64,000 nucleotides of DNA from a virus: IMG/VR virus record IMGVR_UViG_3300020045_007300, positions 1 through 64,000 of that record, one strand, 5' to 3'. The notes below the pieces were generated by a model. That model was given only the letters and a program-made list of their open reading frames with translations, had not been told where the DNA came from and made no database searches. Of the stretch, positions 29,448-40,363 are shown one piece after another. Position 1 is the first letter of the stretch; every line of letters starts with the position of its first letter. The position numbers were made by a program, and so were the translations under genes.

Positions 29448-29630
29448 TTATTCCTTATTCTCAGTTAATTTCTTTTTAGCGAGACATCTACGCACCCCCT
29501 CAAGGTTTTTGCATCTAGGACATGCCTCAGCTTCGATCCTAGCGGTGAATTCGCTACCACATCTAGGGCAGTCTCGTGTTGATACTTTTCGGTGTGCTAC
29601 AAGCGCACGACCAGCGTTAAATTCTTCCAT
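29448..29630 (-). CDS. Small zinc-ribbon protein
   Basis: CPRCGSEF..CPRC. Confidence 0.6.
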   Translation of the reverse strand: MEEFNAGRALVAHRKVSTRDCPRCGSEFTARIEAEACPRCKNLEGVRRCLAKKKLTENKE

Positions 29631-29841
29631 GATATTCAGTATTCCATATTTGTAAACTAATTAATGCCATTTCATGATTAAGCTTGTTAAGGCAGCTAAC
29701 AACCGCATCAAATGTTTGGTCGTTGATGTTGCCATGAAATCTTTCGCTTATTTTTTTATAGTGAGATTTAAGAACTTCGAGTTTTCCATTTAATGCCGAA
29801 ATAAACTCGGCTTTTGAGATTTGGTTTTTTATGATAGCCAT
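29617..29841 (-). CDS. Hypothetical protein
   Basis: AGGAG RBS; ORF. Confidence 0.55.
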   Translation of the reverse strand: MAIIKNQISKAEFISALNGKLEVLKSHYKKISERFHGNINDQTFDAVVSCLNKLNHEMALISLQIWNTEYHGRI

Positions 29842-29855
29842 GATAATTCTCCTGA

Positions 29856-30131
29856 TTAACTTAGTTTTGAACCGTCAAGACCAATTTTAGCCCCTAGCTC
29901 ATTAAATACTGTAACCATCCATCTTTGAACTCCGCCAGCAAATTCGACAATCACACCATTAGGGGAATCTCTAAATTGATAAGCAGCTTTAAACGCGCTT
30001 AACTCATCATCAACAAAGAAATTAAACCCCCAGTCAACCATAGTAATGTCATACTGTTTTATTCCTTCACTTTTGCCAGTCTGTTTGTTTTTTGTGTAAA
30101 TAACGCTATCTTTACTCATGACACACCTCAC
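29856..30131 (-). CDS. Hypothetical protein
   Basis: GAGG RBS; ORF. Confidence 0.55.
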   Translation of the reverse strand: MRCVMSKDSVIYTKNKQTGKSEGIKQYDITMVDWGFNFFVDDELSAFKAAYQFRDSPNGVIVEFAGGVQRWMVTVFNELGAKIGLDGSKLS

Positions 30132-30431
30132 AGATTAATGTAAATTAAAACGGTTGACACTACAGCGGTTAAATTCATTAAAGCAATTACTAAGTAACCC
30201 ATGACACTCTCCAAAAACCACCTTCCCGACATTTTGCCGTTCTTTGATGTTGGGTATATTAAATCATAGTTTAATGCTTTACGCAAGACATTAATTACAA
30301 TCAAATGAATATAATTCTGTAAGTGATGATTTGCCTAGTGGTAAGGTACGAATATTTTTAATATCACACTGTTTAATTGGTGGTATAATGACTTAAATTA
30401 ATTAACGCTGTGAAGCGTAAAGGTAGTAAAA

Positions 30432-30725
30432 ATGAACGTTGATATGAATCTCATTATATTAATAGCTGGGACGGCATTAGCCGCAATCGGATGGCAATTT
30501 AAAAAACATGATGATAGGATTGGAGACAATGAGAATGAGATTAGCAATATTAAGATAACAATTGCTAACGATTATGCAAAAAAAACAGAGGTTAATAGCC
30601 TTGAGCATTCAATTAAAACAGACGCAGAAAGGTTGGAACGTGCAATGTTTGCTAAGCTAGATAGAATAGAGAATAAACAAGATGGGTTATTGATTGAAGT
30701 GTCTAAAAAAGTTGATAGAACATGA
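30432..30725 (+). CDS. TM plus coiled-coil protein (holin/hemolysin-like)
   Basis: N-terminal TM helix; ANDYAKK..KLDRIENK. Confidence 0.6.
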   Translation: MNVDMNLIILIAGTALAAIGWQFKKHDDRIGDNENEISNIKITIANDYAKKTEVNSLEHSIKTDAERLERAMFAKLDRIENKQDGLLIEVSKKVDRT

Positions 30726-30925
30726 GTGTTGAAAAAAACCAACTATGGGTTCGTAGGATAGACCATCATACCATCGTGATTGATGATGTGTTACCTGATT
30801 ATGTTCACACATACGAATACCACAACAAAGATGAAAAAGTATTTTACCGAATGAGAGCCTTTTTAGACACACATTACTTAATGCCGATTGATGATGCAAT
30901 GGCGGAAATTGGCGGGATATTTTAA
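30722..30925 (+). CDS. Hypothetical protein
   Basis: Translationally coupled ORF. Confidence 0.55.
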   Translation: MSVEKNQLWVRRIDHHTIVIDDVLPDYVHTYEYHNKDEKVFYRMRAFLDTHYLMPIDDAMAEIGGIF

Positions 30926-31401
30926 TGGACGATGCAAGCATTGAAAGAATGCAGTATAAGTGGGATATTAAGTTACTAACTAACTTCTTTAATGCGCCTA
31001 ACTATAAAATATATTTCATATTCTTTAATTTTGTTCGTGATAATGATTTAAAGATTGAAGACTATAAAAAACTTAAAAGAATCCCCATTGCCGACAATGC
31101 TTATGTCTATAAATCAACAGACGTTTACTTGTTTGTTGCGTCAAGACTAAAGCCGCTTTATAACTACATTGAAAGCAAAGACATAACAGATGTTTTCGAT
31201 ATTGCTGATAAGTTAAAGGTATCAAATGTAGATACACGGTTACAAAGAGACCATTTTGATGATATAAAAAAAGAAAGGGATCAAGCAAAGCGAAACGAAA
31301 ATATGTTTAATAGGGATAGGAAGTTTTACAAGGATTTTGTAGAACACTCAAATGCAACAATCAGAAGCTCAGGCTTAAAAGTTAGGTCGATAAGAACATG
31401 A
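30925..31401 (+). CDS. Hypothetical protein
   Basis: Translationally coupled ORF. Confidence 0.55.
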   Translation: MDDASIERMQYKWDIKLLTNFFNAPNYKIYFIFFNFVRDNDLKIEDYKKLKRIPIADNAYVYKSTDVYLFVASRLKPLYNYIESKDITDVFDIADKLKVSNVDTRLQRDHFDDIKKERDQAKRNENMFNRDRKFYKDFVEHSNATIRSSGLKVRSIRT

Positions 31402-31676
31402 CAGATAGCAAGCAATTAATACAATGCGGCAGCTGCGACAAGTGCTTTACTCTTTACGAGCCTGTAAGCGAGTGTTACTGTCCGTATTGTGGTGTAATCG
31501 ATACGATTGAGGATGATGATGACAGTACCACCTCTTAACTTGCCAAATTATCATGCCCACAAAGAGTGGTTTGATAATAGCTTGTGGTTAAAACAACATA
31601 GCAAAGATACCGCTAACCGCACCAGCGTTGTACGCGCTGAAAATAAGAAGCCTTCCGATTTTATGAGAGACAGATA

Positions 31677-31901
31677 ATGAATTTAAGCAATACAGTTTTA
31701 ACTTTAGCTACACCGAAAGAACTGCAAGACCTTATGATATTGTCTGTAGTCGGCAGAGTGACGGATGATATTTTATCGACAGTGCAAAGTAACGTAATTT
31801 ATCGCGTCGTGATAACAATAGAATCAGAAATTAACATGATTGAGTGTAGATGCGATCAACGTGCCAACAGGATTGTTGAATTATGCTTGACTGGAAAATA
31901 G
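31677..31901 (+). CDS. Hypothetical protein
   Basis: ORF. Confidence 0.45.
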   Translation: MNLSNTVLTLATPKELQDLMILSVVGRVTDDILSTVQSNVIYRVVITIESEINMIECRCDQRANRIVELCLTGK

Positions 31902-32068
31902 CTCTTATTGTCATAGCTATCATTGTAATAGCATTCAGCTTATGGGTTGATTCAGAGATGTGTGCGTATCGGTTTAGTGATAACGGGATTGAGTCTAAGT
32001 ATACGATCACTGATGGCTGTATGGTTTATGACGGTAAAGACTGGGTAACTGAAAGGGAGTTTTTGTAA
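31883..32068 (+). CDS. Small membrane protein
   Basis: TM segment, then C..SKY..GCMV..W motif. Confidence 0.6.
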   Translation: MLDWKIALIVIAIIVIAFSLWVDSEMCAYRFSDNGIESKYTITDGCMVYDGKDWVTEREFL

Positions 32069-32706
32069 TGGCTGAAAAACGGGTTATTGATTGGGATGAT
32101 ATGTACCCTCATTGGTGCGCTGGAATAATTACTCTTAGTAATCTATCAAGGCAGTATGGTGTATCAAGACCAGCAATCGAAAAGCACTGGGATAAACTTG
32201 GAGTGCCTAGAGACCTTACTGCAAAGATAAAAGCCAAGGCAGATTCTATGAGCGTGATGCGCGATGATTGGCGTAACGGGATTGTTTCCTTATCTGATAT
32301 GTCAAGAAAATACAATATAACTATTCCAGCAATAAAAAAATACTGGGGAGATTTAGGGATAGAAAGGATTGTTGTAGAACGTAGCGTTAATAATTGCGGC
32401 GTTAAACTAATTGAAAAAGACGATTTTGATTGCTCAGGTTTTATTTATGTTATTTACATAGATACAGGGTTAGAACGGATTTATAAGATAGGTCTGGCAA
32501 AACATTTCAGCTCAAGATTTAATCAGCATCAATGTTCGTCGCCTTTCGATATATTTGTATCAATTGCTTATTTTGTTGAAAATATGAGATTAGAGGAAAG
32601 AACACTTCACAATATGTTTGATGATAAGCGAGTTCGTGGTGAATGGTTTAAACTTAATAGTGATGATTTGATAGAAATAGCAAAAAGGAGTTATATCGGT
32701 GGCTAA
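32068..32706 (+). CDS. TerS-like HTH repeats fused to T5orf172/MUG113 GIY-YIG nuclease
   Basis: Two DW..GI.SL..SR.Y.(V/I)..PAI repeats; GFIYVI..YKIG..ERTLHNMFDDKRVRGEWF. Confidence 0.75.
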   Translation: MAEKRVIDWDDMYPHWCAGIITLSNLSRQYGVSRPAIEKHWDKLGVPRDLTAKIKAKADSMSVMRDDWRNGIVSLSDMSRKYNITIPAIKKYWGDLGIERIVVERSVNNCGVKLIEKDDFDCSGFIYVIYIDTGLERIYKIGLAKHFSSRFNQHQCSSPFDIFVSIAYFVENMRLEERTLHNMFDDKRVRGEWFKLNSDDLIEIAKRSYIGG

Positions 32707-33244
32707 TATCAAACAGGTAAACTGGGAGTCCGTAGAACGCGAATACTCGCTAGGTGTTAGGTCTAATGTCGAGATAGGAAGTATCTTTAATATCTCGGAG
32801 GCATCAATTAGAGCAAGATCTAAAAAGTTTGAATGGAAAAAAGACCTTAGTGCAAAAGTAAGAATTGCAGCAGAAAGTAAACTGCGAGAAGTAAACTGCG
32901 AATCAACATACGAAGATGTTGTAAATCGCAAGTTGACTGAAAAAGAACTAATTGAAAGCACTGCCAACATCCAAGCAACGGTAATCATAGAAGAGCGAGA
33001 AGACGTTAAACGGCTAACGCGGATATGTGAACTACTTGAAAAACAGCTTGAGACCATTGCTAACGACCCTGATAGCGCAGAAGACTTAGAAAAGAAAGCG
33101 CGTATAAATAAAACCCTTATTGAATCTCGTGACAAGGTTTTTAATATGCGTCGTAGAAACTATGGTATCAATGATAATGCGAATGGCGATGCTGATAAAG
33201 ACGGTAGTTTTGAATCAATGTTAAATAAGCGTAATGGAAGATAG
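32699..33244 (+). CDS. Terminase small subunit
   Basis: NWESVEREYSLGVRS..ISEASIRARSKKFEWKKDL; directly upstream of TerL. Confidence 0.8.
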   Translation: MANIKQVNWESVEREYSLGVRSNVEIGSIFNISEASIRARSKKFEWKKDLSAKVRIAAESKLREVNCESTYEDVVNRKLTEKELIESTANIQATVIIEEREDVKRLTRICELLEKQLETIANDPDSAEDLEKKARINKTLIESRDKVFNMRRRNYGINDNANGDADKDGSFESMLNKRNGR

Positions 33245-34763
33245 AGAGCAACAAGCGTTTAATAAGATCATTGATGACTTTGAAATATACGCCGAGGTCA
33301 ATTTAAAGATTAAAACCAAAGAGGGTAAAATTTACCCTCTGGAGTTTAACGACCCGCAAAAATACATACACGCCCAGTTACAAAAACAACTGAGCGAAAC
33401 AGGGAAAATAAGAGCCTTGCTTTTAAAGGGGAGGCAGCAAGGAGCAAGTACATACACCGAGGGGCGTTTTTATTGGCGAACATCAACTGGGTTTGGTAAA
33501 CAGGCTTACATACTTACGCATGAGCAAGCGGCAACTGATAACCTTTTCATAATGGCTAAACGCTATCATGACAACGCTAACGACAAGCTAAAGCCAAGTG
33601 TGGGGGCATCTAACGCAAAAGAATTGCTTTTTAATAAGCTCGACTCAGGTTACAAAGTTGGCACAGCAGGAAGTAGGGCTGTAGGGCGGTCAGGAACAAT
33701 CCAATTCTTTCACGGGAGTGAAATCGCTTTTTGGAATAACGCCGATGAACATTTTGCTGGTGTACTTCAATGCGTCCCCGATGGTAATGATTCAGACGGC
33801 ACAGAAGTTATTTTAGAGTCAACGGCAAACGGCGTTGGTGGTAAGTTTTACGACCTATGGATTGAAGCGATTGCTGGTAAAAACGACTACATAGCGGTCT
33901 TTGTGCCTTGGTTTTGGAGCAAAGAATACAGAAAAAGCGCGATTGATTTTGTGCCTACACCCGACGAGCTTAAAAAACAGGCATTATATGGCGTAGACAA
34001 CGAACAGTTAGCGTGGCGTAGGTCAAAGATAACTGAACTTGGTAACGACCTTTGTAATCAAGAATACCCTTATTGCTGGGAAGAAGCATTTTTATCTACA
34101 GGGCGCACAGTTTTCGATAAAGACGCAATGGCAAAAGCCATGCTAGAATGCTACAACCCAATTAAGCACATGGTACTGGAAAACGGTAAGTTTGTTGCAC
34201 GGAAAGACGGTTATTTGAAAGTATGGAGTGAACCAAAGGCGGGTATGCGATACGTCATAGGTGCGGATGTCGCCGAAGGGCTTAGCGATGGAGACTACTC
34301 AACAGCAACTGTACTAGATAAGCAAGGGTATCAAGTAGCACAGTATCACGGTCATATCGCCCCTGATTTGTTTGGTAAGCTATTAATAGCACTGGGTAAT
34401 ATGTATAACTCAGCTCTACTGATACCTGAATGCAATAATCACGGATTACTAACTGCTACCGTTATTAGAGACTCATACTACCCATATTTGTATGTGCAAA
34501 AGTCAGTTGATGATGGTTACACAGACAGCAAAGAGCAAACTAGGGTTGGCTGGTTGACGACCCGCAGAACAAAGCCGTTGATTATTGATACACTAAGCGC
34601 GGCACTACGCGATGGTACGCATGGAATATGCGACAAAGAAGTGATAAAAGAATGCCAAAGTTACATTATCAATGATGATGGTAGCTACGGAGCGCAACGC
34701 AAGACGCATGATGATCGCGTAATGTCATACGCAATTAGTTTTTACGCCCTACGATTTATTTAA
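33234..34763 (+). CDS. Terminase large subunit
   Basis: LKGRQQGAST, HGSEIAFW, LESTANG, IGADVAEG, HDDRVMS. Confidence 0.96.
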   Translation: MEDREQQAFNKIIDDFEIYAEVNLKIKTKEGKIYPLEFNDPQKYIHAQLQKQLSETGKIRALLLKGRQQGASTYTEGRFYWRTSTGFGKQAYILTHEQAATDNLFIMAKRYHDNANDKLKPSVGASNAKELLFNKLDSGYKVGTAGSRAVGRSGTIQFFHGSEIAFWNNADEHFAGVLQCVPDGNDSDGTEVILESTANGVGGKFYDLWIEAIAGKNDYIAVFVPWFWSKEYRKSAIDFVPTPDELKKQALYGVDNEQLAWRRSKITELGNDLCNQEYPYCWEEAFLSTGRTVFDKDAMAKAMLECYNPIKHMVLENGKFVARKDGYLKVWSEPKAGMRYVIGADVAEGLSDGDYSTATVLDKQGYQVAQYHGHIAPDLFGKLLIALGNMYNSALLIPECNNHGLLTATVIRDSYYPYLYVQKSVDDGYTDSKEQTRVGWLTTRRTKPLIIDTLSAALRDGTHGICDKEVIKECQSYIINDDGSYGAQRKTHDDRVMSYAISFYALRFI

Positions 34764-34987
34764 AAATTTAAATTAAAATGCCTAATAAAGAAATTGATAA
34801 TTCTTGCAGTAAAAATGCCAAGGAATCCAGTGACTTAATTGATAGATGGTTTTTAGAAGATATTACTAAGTATGCAGAAAGAATAGCTGGTAAAATTCTT
34901 TTGATAAAAACCAAAAGAAAGCGAATTTATCGCTAAACAACACATAAATTGTCGCGACGACAATCAATCCCAAAGCTGGAATAGAAG

Positions 34988-37246
34988 ATGAAAGACATCG
35001 GTTTAGAGCTTGATACAAGCCCACCACAGGCACTACAAAACAATATCACTGTTCCAGATGATGACCAACTGGGGCAGACATTACAGAAGCGTTGGCAACA
35101 ATGGTTTCAAGCCAAGCGCAACATCGAAGAAGAATGGCTGAAAGACTTACGCGCATTCAATCAGATAAACGACGCTGATGTTGCAGGAATATCAAAGTTT
35201 CACAGTCATATTTACATCGGACTAACGCGCACTAAAGCAATGGCAGCTTATGCGCGTATTAGTGACTTAATGTTTCAAACTACTGCACGGCACTGGACAT
35301 TATCACCCACGCCTATTCCAGAAAATCAGCAATTAAATACTCAAGATACGTTCGAGCAAAGCAAGTTAAAAGCTGATGCGATGCAGAAAGAAATTGACGA
35401 CCAGTTGATTGACGTTGACTATGAATGCTCTGCTAAATCAGCAATTCTTGAGGCGTGTATTATTGGTACGGGTTGTGTAAAAGGTATTACCCCAAGTGTT
35501 AAGCAGGTAACGCGCTGGAGTAAGCAAGTATCAGAAGACGGCTTAAGTGAAGATTGGGTTGTTGTAAAAGAGGAAATCCCCGCCCCGAAAGGCGCAATTG
35601 TTTCTTGCTTTGATTTGTACCCAGACCCTTACGCCTCAAGCGTTGAGAACATGAGTGGCATTTATGAGCGTCACATTCTCAATCGCACTCAATTTATTGC
35701 ACTTAAAGACAATCCGCAATTTGATACCGATAAAATCAATGAGATTTTAGAACGTACTGACAAAGGAAATCACATACCACTTTATCATGAGGTGGATCGC
35801 AGAAACATTGCCAAAATAACCGACACCACAGCGGCACAGGCTGAGATGTACGATGTACTTGAATACTGGGGGCAGGTATCAGGAAGATTATTGACATTAG
35901 CAGGTGTTGAAGGTGTTAGCGAGACAGAGAGCGCGTGGTGTAATGTCTGGACGTGTTCAGGTGTTACCTTATTGGCTAAGGTTATGCCGATGGCTAAACA
36001 ACGCATTCCGTACAACTTCTTTATCTATTCAAAAGTTCCATATCAATTTTGGGGCGTTCCACCTACACGCATGATGCGCCACACACAAGCCGTTGTGAAT
36101 GGCAGTGTTCGTATTATGCTGGACGGTATGGCTATGTCTGCAATCCCAATGGCAGAAGTTAATACACTGATGCTTAAAGACGGGCAAGACCCTAAGGTCA
36201 TGAAAGCTGGGCAGATATGGCTTAGAGACAAGGGCGACCAAGGCGAACCAGCAGTAAGATTCTTTCAGCCAAATGTGCCAACAGGTGCGTTAATGGATAT
36301 GATTCAACTATTCAAAGGTTATGCGGACGATGAAACATCGTTACCAGCGTACACCTATGGAGACAATTCAGGAGAGGTAAATCAAACGGCTAAAGGCTTG
36401 TCTATGCAATTAGGACAAGCAGCAATACCCATCAAACAAGTTATCAAAAACCTTGAGGACGGATTAATTAAGCCTTTCATTCAAAGTCTTTATGACTGGA
36501 ATATGCAATGGTCTGACAAAGAAGAATTAAAATCTGGAGATATGGAAATTCAGGTTCTTGGTTCATCTTCATTGATAGCTAAGGAAGCCAAGGTACAGTC
36601 GCTTATGCAATTCCTTAACATAGCATCATCTAACGCGCTGGTGGCTAAATTTACCGATGTACGCTACTTGGCTACAGAGATTGCTAAAAACATGGACATT
36701 GATGCAGAAAAGGCAGTTCCTGAAATGCTACCAGAAGACCAGCAACCACAACCACCGCAAAATAATGTTGCTGATGAAGCGAGGGCTAAGTTATACGAAG
36801 CTCAAGCGGTAACTGAACAGGAAAATGCCGAAAAGGTTAAGGAAGAAGTATTGACTCAAAAAGAAACTACTGAAAAAGTTAAGGCTGAACGCATTAACAC
36901 CAGTACCAAAACAGACTTTACCGCGATTGAAGTAGCTACCAAACTAAAAGAAGCGCAAATGTTAGCTCCTGATATTGTTGCCATTGCACAAAGCATTGAA
37001 GATTCGAATGGTAAGGTTGATGTTAATGGTACGCCATTGGCAACATTACCCGCTGCTACCCAGTCAATACCACAACACCAGCCTGAGCAATTACCACCAA
37101 TGGACGTTAATACATCCCCACAAGACCCAGCGTTGCCAGTTGGCAGTGAATCTTACACACCAGAGCCAGATGCGGTACAGGGCATGGATATTGGGCAAGG
37201 GCAAGATGGTATAGAAACTGTGGCTAATGAAGGATTGAGCCAATAA
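34988..37246 (+). CDS. Portal protein
   Basis: Follows TerL; DLYPDP, VLEYWG, QTAKGLSM motifs. Confidence 0.9.
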   Translation: MKDIGLELDTSPPQALQNNITVPDDDQLGQTLQKRWQQWFQAKRNIEEEWLKDLRAFNQINDADVAGISKFHSHIYIGLTRTKAMAAYARISDLMFQTTARHWTLSPTPIPENQQLNTQDTFEQSKLKADAMQKEIDDQLIDVDYECSAKSAILEACIIGTGCVKGITPSVKQVTRWSKQVSEDGLSEDWVVVKEEIPAPKGAIVSCFDLYPDPYASSVENMSGIYERHILNRTQFIALKDNPQFDTDKINEILERTDKGNHIPLYHEVDRRNIAKITDTTAAQAEMYDVLEYWGQVSGRLLTLAGVEGVSETESAWCNVWTCSGVTLLAKVMPMAKQRIPYNFFIYSKVPYQFWGVPPTRMMRHTQAVVNGSVRIMLDGMAMSAIPMAEVNTLMLKDGQDPKVMKAGQIWLRDKGDQGEPAVRFFQPNVPTGALMDMIQLFKGYADDETSLPAYTYGDNSGEVNQTAKGLSMQLGQAAIPIKQVIKNLEDGLIKPFIQSLYDWNMQWSDKEELKSGDMEIQVLGSSSLIAKEAKVQSLMQFLNIASSNALVAKFTDVRYLATEIAKNMDIDAEKAVPEMLPEDQQPQPPQNNVADEARAKLYEAQAVTEQENAEKVKEEVLTQKETTEKVKAERINTSTKTDFTAIEVATKLKEAQMLAPDIVAIAQSIEDSNGKVDVNGTPLATLPAATQSIPQHQPEQLPPMDVNTSPQDPALPVGSESYTPEPDAVQGMDIGQGQDGIETVANEGLSQ

Positions 37247-37473
37247 AAAACATCTCAATACTTCAAGATCAGAAATAAGCGGATAACTAAAGAGAGAAAA
37301 TATAATGAACCCACCAATACTAGCAAAACCGTGTTTTAAATGCGGAATAAGGACGAGTGAAACACAATCTGTCTTCGGAGTTGGTCATCAGCAGTGTTAT
37401 GACCAAGCTATTGATAATGTGAGCAACGGAAAAGCTATTACGATTTATTTAACTAAAACCTATATTGAAATAA

Positions 37474-37686
37474 ATGACCAAACAACAAGCTGATAAAATC
37501 TACGCACTAACTTCCTCAAGCAACTGGCAGGCATTTGAGGAGGTTTTAAATGAGCAGTTACGCGCATATCAACATGAATTAGAGAGTTGCAGCGAAAACA
37601 GGCTGTATATTGCAAGAGGAGCAATAGCTCAGATTCGCACGACATTATCAATACGAAATAGCGCTGAGGAGTTGTTAGAAAAATAA
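37474..37686 (+). CDS. Small head-associated protein
   Basis: Between portal and scaffold; NWQAF..ARG motif. Confidence 0.65.
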   Translation: MTKQQADKIYALTSSSNWQAFEEVLNEQLRAYQHELESCSENRLYIARGAIAQIRTTLSIRNSAEELLEK

Positions 37687-37801
37687 TATATTGACTTTCG
37701 TAATTTATGGTATTATGAGCCATAAATTAAACATCGTTTAATTACCAGCAGAACCAAGGTTGAAATACCCTGCCCATGTCGAGAGACATACAAACACTTA
37801 G

Positions 37802-38764
37802 ATGGATAAATATAGAATGACGCAAGAAACAGATAAACGTTATCAGTCCCTAGAAGATGATGCTAATTCCCAGCTCAAAGCCATGTATGGTGATGATTTA
37901 CAGGGAATGGCAGAACCAGAAGAAAACTCCCCTGATGAAGGTACAGAGTCGGATAGCGACAACGAAGAAACCGAACAGGAGCTTGAGCAAAGTACACCTG
38001 AAAGCGAAAACGAACCGCAAAAAGATAATGAAGAATCTGAGCCAATGGTATCAGAATCACGTTATAAATCCGCCGTTGTTGCAATGAATAAAGCGCAGCA
38101 GGAAGCAGCAGATTTACGCAAATCAGTCCAAGCTTTACAGTCTGAAAATGAAGAATTGCAATCCATGCTTGAAGAGGCGTTGAATGGCGATGATGACAAG
38201 AGTGCTGGTAATGATAGCGAAGAATATGATTTTGACAAAGCCATTGATGATTTGCCATTAATTATTAAGCAGAATAAAGAACTGGTTAATAAGGTGGCCA
38301 AACTTGAAACTGAGTTAGCAGGGGTTAAGACAACTACAGACAGAGTTCAAGAACAAGACAATAAAACAGCTCATCAAAGTTACTGGAATGAAATTAAAGG
38401 GGCGCACGGTGACATCGACGGATTAGCCGAAGACCCAGCGTATAGCGAATGGTGGGCGCAACAGCCACAAGGCGTTAAGAGCTTGCTTACATCCAGTGAC
38501 GCACAAGAAGTTATCAAAGGTTTAAACCTGTTCCGCGCAGACGTACCACGCGCTACCGACACTAAAAAGCCATCGACTTCACGCAATGATAAGCTAGAAG
38601 CGGCTAGAAATGCCGATTCACCAACGATTCAAAAGCAATCCAAAGAGCCATCATCGGGTAAACGAACTTTTACAAATGCCGAGATTGCCAAAATGTCACC
38701 CGCTGAATTTGCGCGTAACGAAAAAGCGATTGATGCGGCATTAGCTCGTGGCGATGTGATTTAA
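37802..38764 (+). CDS. Capsid scaffolding protein
   Basis: Acidic coiled coil; C-terminal FTNAEIAKMSPAEFARNEKAIDAALARG. Confidence 0.88.
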   Translation: MDKYRMTQETDKRYQSLEDDANSQLKAMYGDDLQGMAEPEENSPDEGTESDSDNEETEQELEQSTPESENEPQKDNEESEPMVSESRYKSAVVAMNKAQQEAADLRKSVQALQSENEELQSMLEEALNGDDDKSAGNDSEEYDFDKAIDDLPLIIKQNKELVNKVAKLETELAGVKTTTDRVQEQDNKTAHQSYWNEIKGAHGDIDGLAEDPAYSEWWAQQPQGVKSLLTSSDAQEVIKGLNLFRADVPRATDTKKPSTSRNDKLEAARNADSPTIQKQSKEPSSGKRTFTNAEIAKMSPAEFARNEKAIDAALARGDVI

Positions 38765-38898
38765 ATGATTTAACTATCGTCGCGAGACGAAAGAACCTTT
38801 TATTCCCGCCAAGTGAGCGTGTTACTTGGTATAGCCACAAGGCTATAGATGGAGCGCACTAATTTAATTACTGTCGTGATGACAGAAAGGAAAAGACA

Positions 38899-39768
38899 AT
38901 GCCTACTAACGTAGCAAGAACTGGTAACAACTTACCTAACGGCAATTTTGCACCCGCTATCTGGTCGCAAAAATTGAATGCCAAGTATTACGCTCAAACT
39001 TGCCTGTTTGACATCACCAACTCTAAATGGGAAGGCGAGATTAAAGGTCAAGGCTCGCAAGTTGAGATTCGTAACCGTCCGACTGTTGCCATCACTGATT
39101 ATTCAGTGAATCAAGACATTCAGTATCAAGACATTATTGATGAAAAAATCACTTTGTTAATCGATAAAGCGAAATCTTTTTCATTCAAAGTTGATGATAT
39201 TGACGCAGCTCAGTCAAACATTGCCATTATCGACGAATTGACCCAAGACAGCGCGTATCAGATGAAAATCGCTATTGATACACAGGTCTTAGGTTCGATT
39301 TACGCCGATGCTTCCAACGCTTTAGCTTCGATTACCATCGACAAAACCAATGTTCTTGATTGGATTATCGACGCGGAGGTGAAGATGGAAGAAAACAACC
39401 TGCCAAACGACAACCGCTGGATTATCATTCCACCTAAAGTCGCTGGTTACATCCAAAAATCTGATTTAAAAGTGGCTTCATTAACTGGTGATTCTAAATC
39501 TATCATCCGTAGCGGCATGGATAACGGTCGTTTAGGTATGATTGGTGGTATCACTGTGTATGTCAGCAACAACCTATCTAAATCAGGGACTACTTATCAG
39601 TGTATCGCTGGTCATAAATCAGCCGTCACTTATGCGTCACAAATCGTAAAGGTTGAGAGCTTACGCTTACAAACCAAATTTGGTGATGCAGTTCGGGGTC
39701 TCAATTGCTTCGGATATAAAACAGTAATCCCCAGCGGGCTCGTAAGTATGCCTGTAGTAGTGGTATAA
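38899..39768 (+). CDS. Major capsid protein (P22-coat-like)
   Basis: NFAPAIWSQK, WEGEIKGQG, FKVDDID, FGDAVRGL..G.K. Confidence 0.92.
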   Translation: MPTNVARTGNNLPNGNFAPAIWSQKLNAKYYAQTCLFDITNSKWEGEIKGQGSQVEIRNRPTVAITDYSVNQDIQYQDIIDEKITLLIDKAKSFSFKVDDIDAAQSNIAIIDELTQDSAYQMKIAIDTQVLGSIYADASNALASITIDKTNVLDWIIDAEVKMEENNLPNDNRWIIIPPKVAGYIQKSDLKVASLTGDSKSIIRSGMDNGRLGMIGGITVYVSNNLSKSGTTYQCIAGHKSAVTYASQIVKVESLRLQTKFGDAVRGLNCFGYKTVIPSGLVSMPVVVV

Positions 39769-39860
39769 TACGGTTAATGGTGGATAGGGCATCGAACCCG
39801 AAAGACGGAAACCTACCGTTTGCCACCAAACTTTTTAGGTTGTTTTGAATAGGTATCAAA

Positions 39861-40349
39861 ATGTTGACACAAGAAAAGTTAAAAGAAGTTTTACATTATA
39901 ATGAAGAAACTGGTTATTTTACTTGGCTAATATCTAACTCAAATAGGGTTAAAATTGGCAGCAAGGCTGGCTCTAAAATGGCTAATGGTTACATGGAAAT
40001 TCAAATTTTTAGCGAACGATTTACATTGCATAGACTGGCTTGGTTATATGTGAATGGTAAAATGCCAGACAATCATATAGACCACATTAATGGTGTTCGT
40101 GATGATAACAGAATATGTAATTTAAGACCCGTTAGTCGTGAATTGAATATGCAAAACATGAGAGAGCCAACAATAAGAAATGCACTAGGATTGCTTGGTG
40201 TTCATCTTGATAAAAGCCGAAACAAGTTCATTGCACAGATAATGTACAACGGAAAACATAAGCATCTTGGTCGATTTAATACCAAAGAAGAAGCGCATCA
40301 AGCATACTTAATTGCTAAGCGTGAATTTCATTCAACCTGTACAATTTAA
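39861..40349 (+). CDS. HNH endonuclease with AP2-like domain
   Basis: MLTQEKLKEVLHYN, HRLAWLY, IDHINGVRDDNRICNLR, HLGRFNTKEEAHQAY. Confidence 0.93.
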   Translation: MLTQEKLKEVLHYNEETGYFTWLISNSNRVKIGSKAGSKMANGYMEIQIFSERFTLHRLAWLYVNGKMPDNHIDHINGVRDDNRICNLRPVSRELNMQNMREPTIRNALGLLGVHLDKSRNKFIAQIMYNGKHKHLGRFNTKEEAHQAYLIAKREFHSTCTI

Positions 40350-40363
40350 TTTCAGGAAATATA

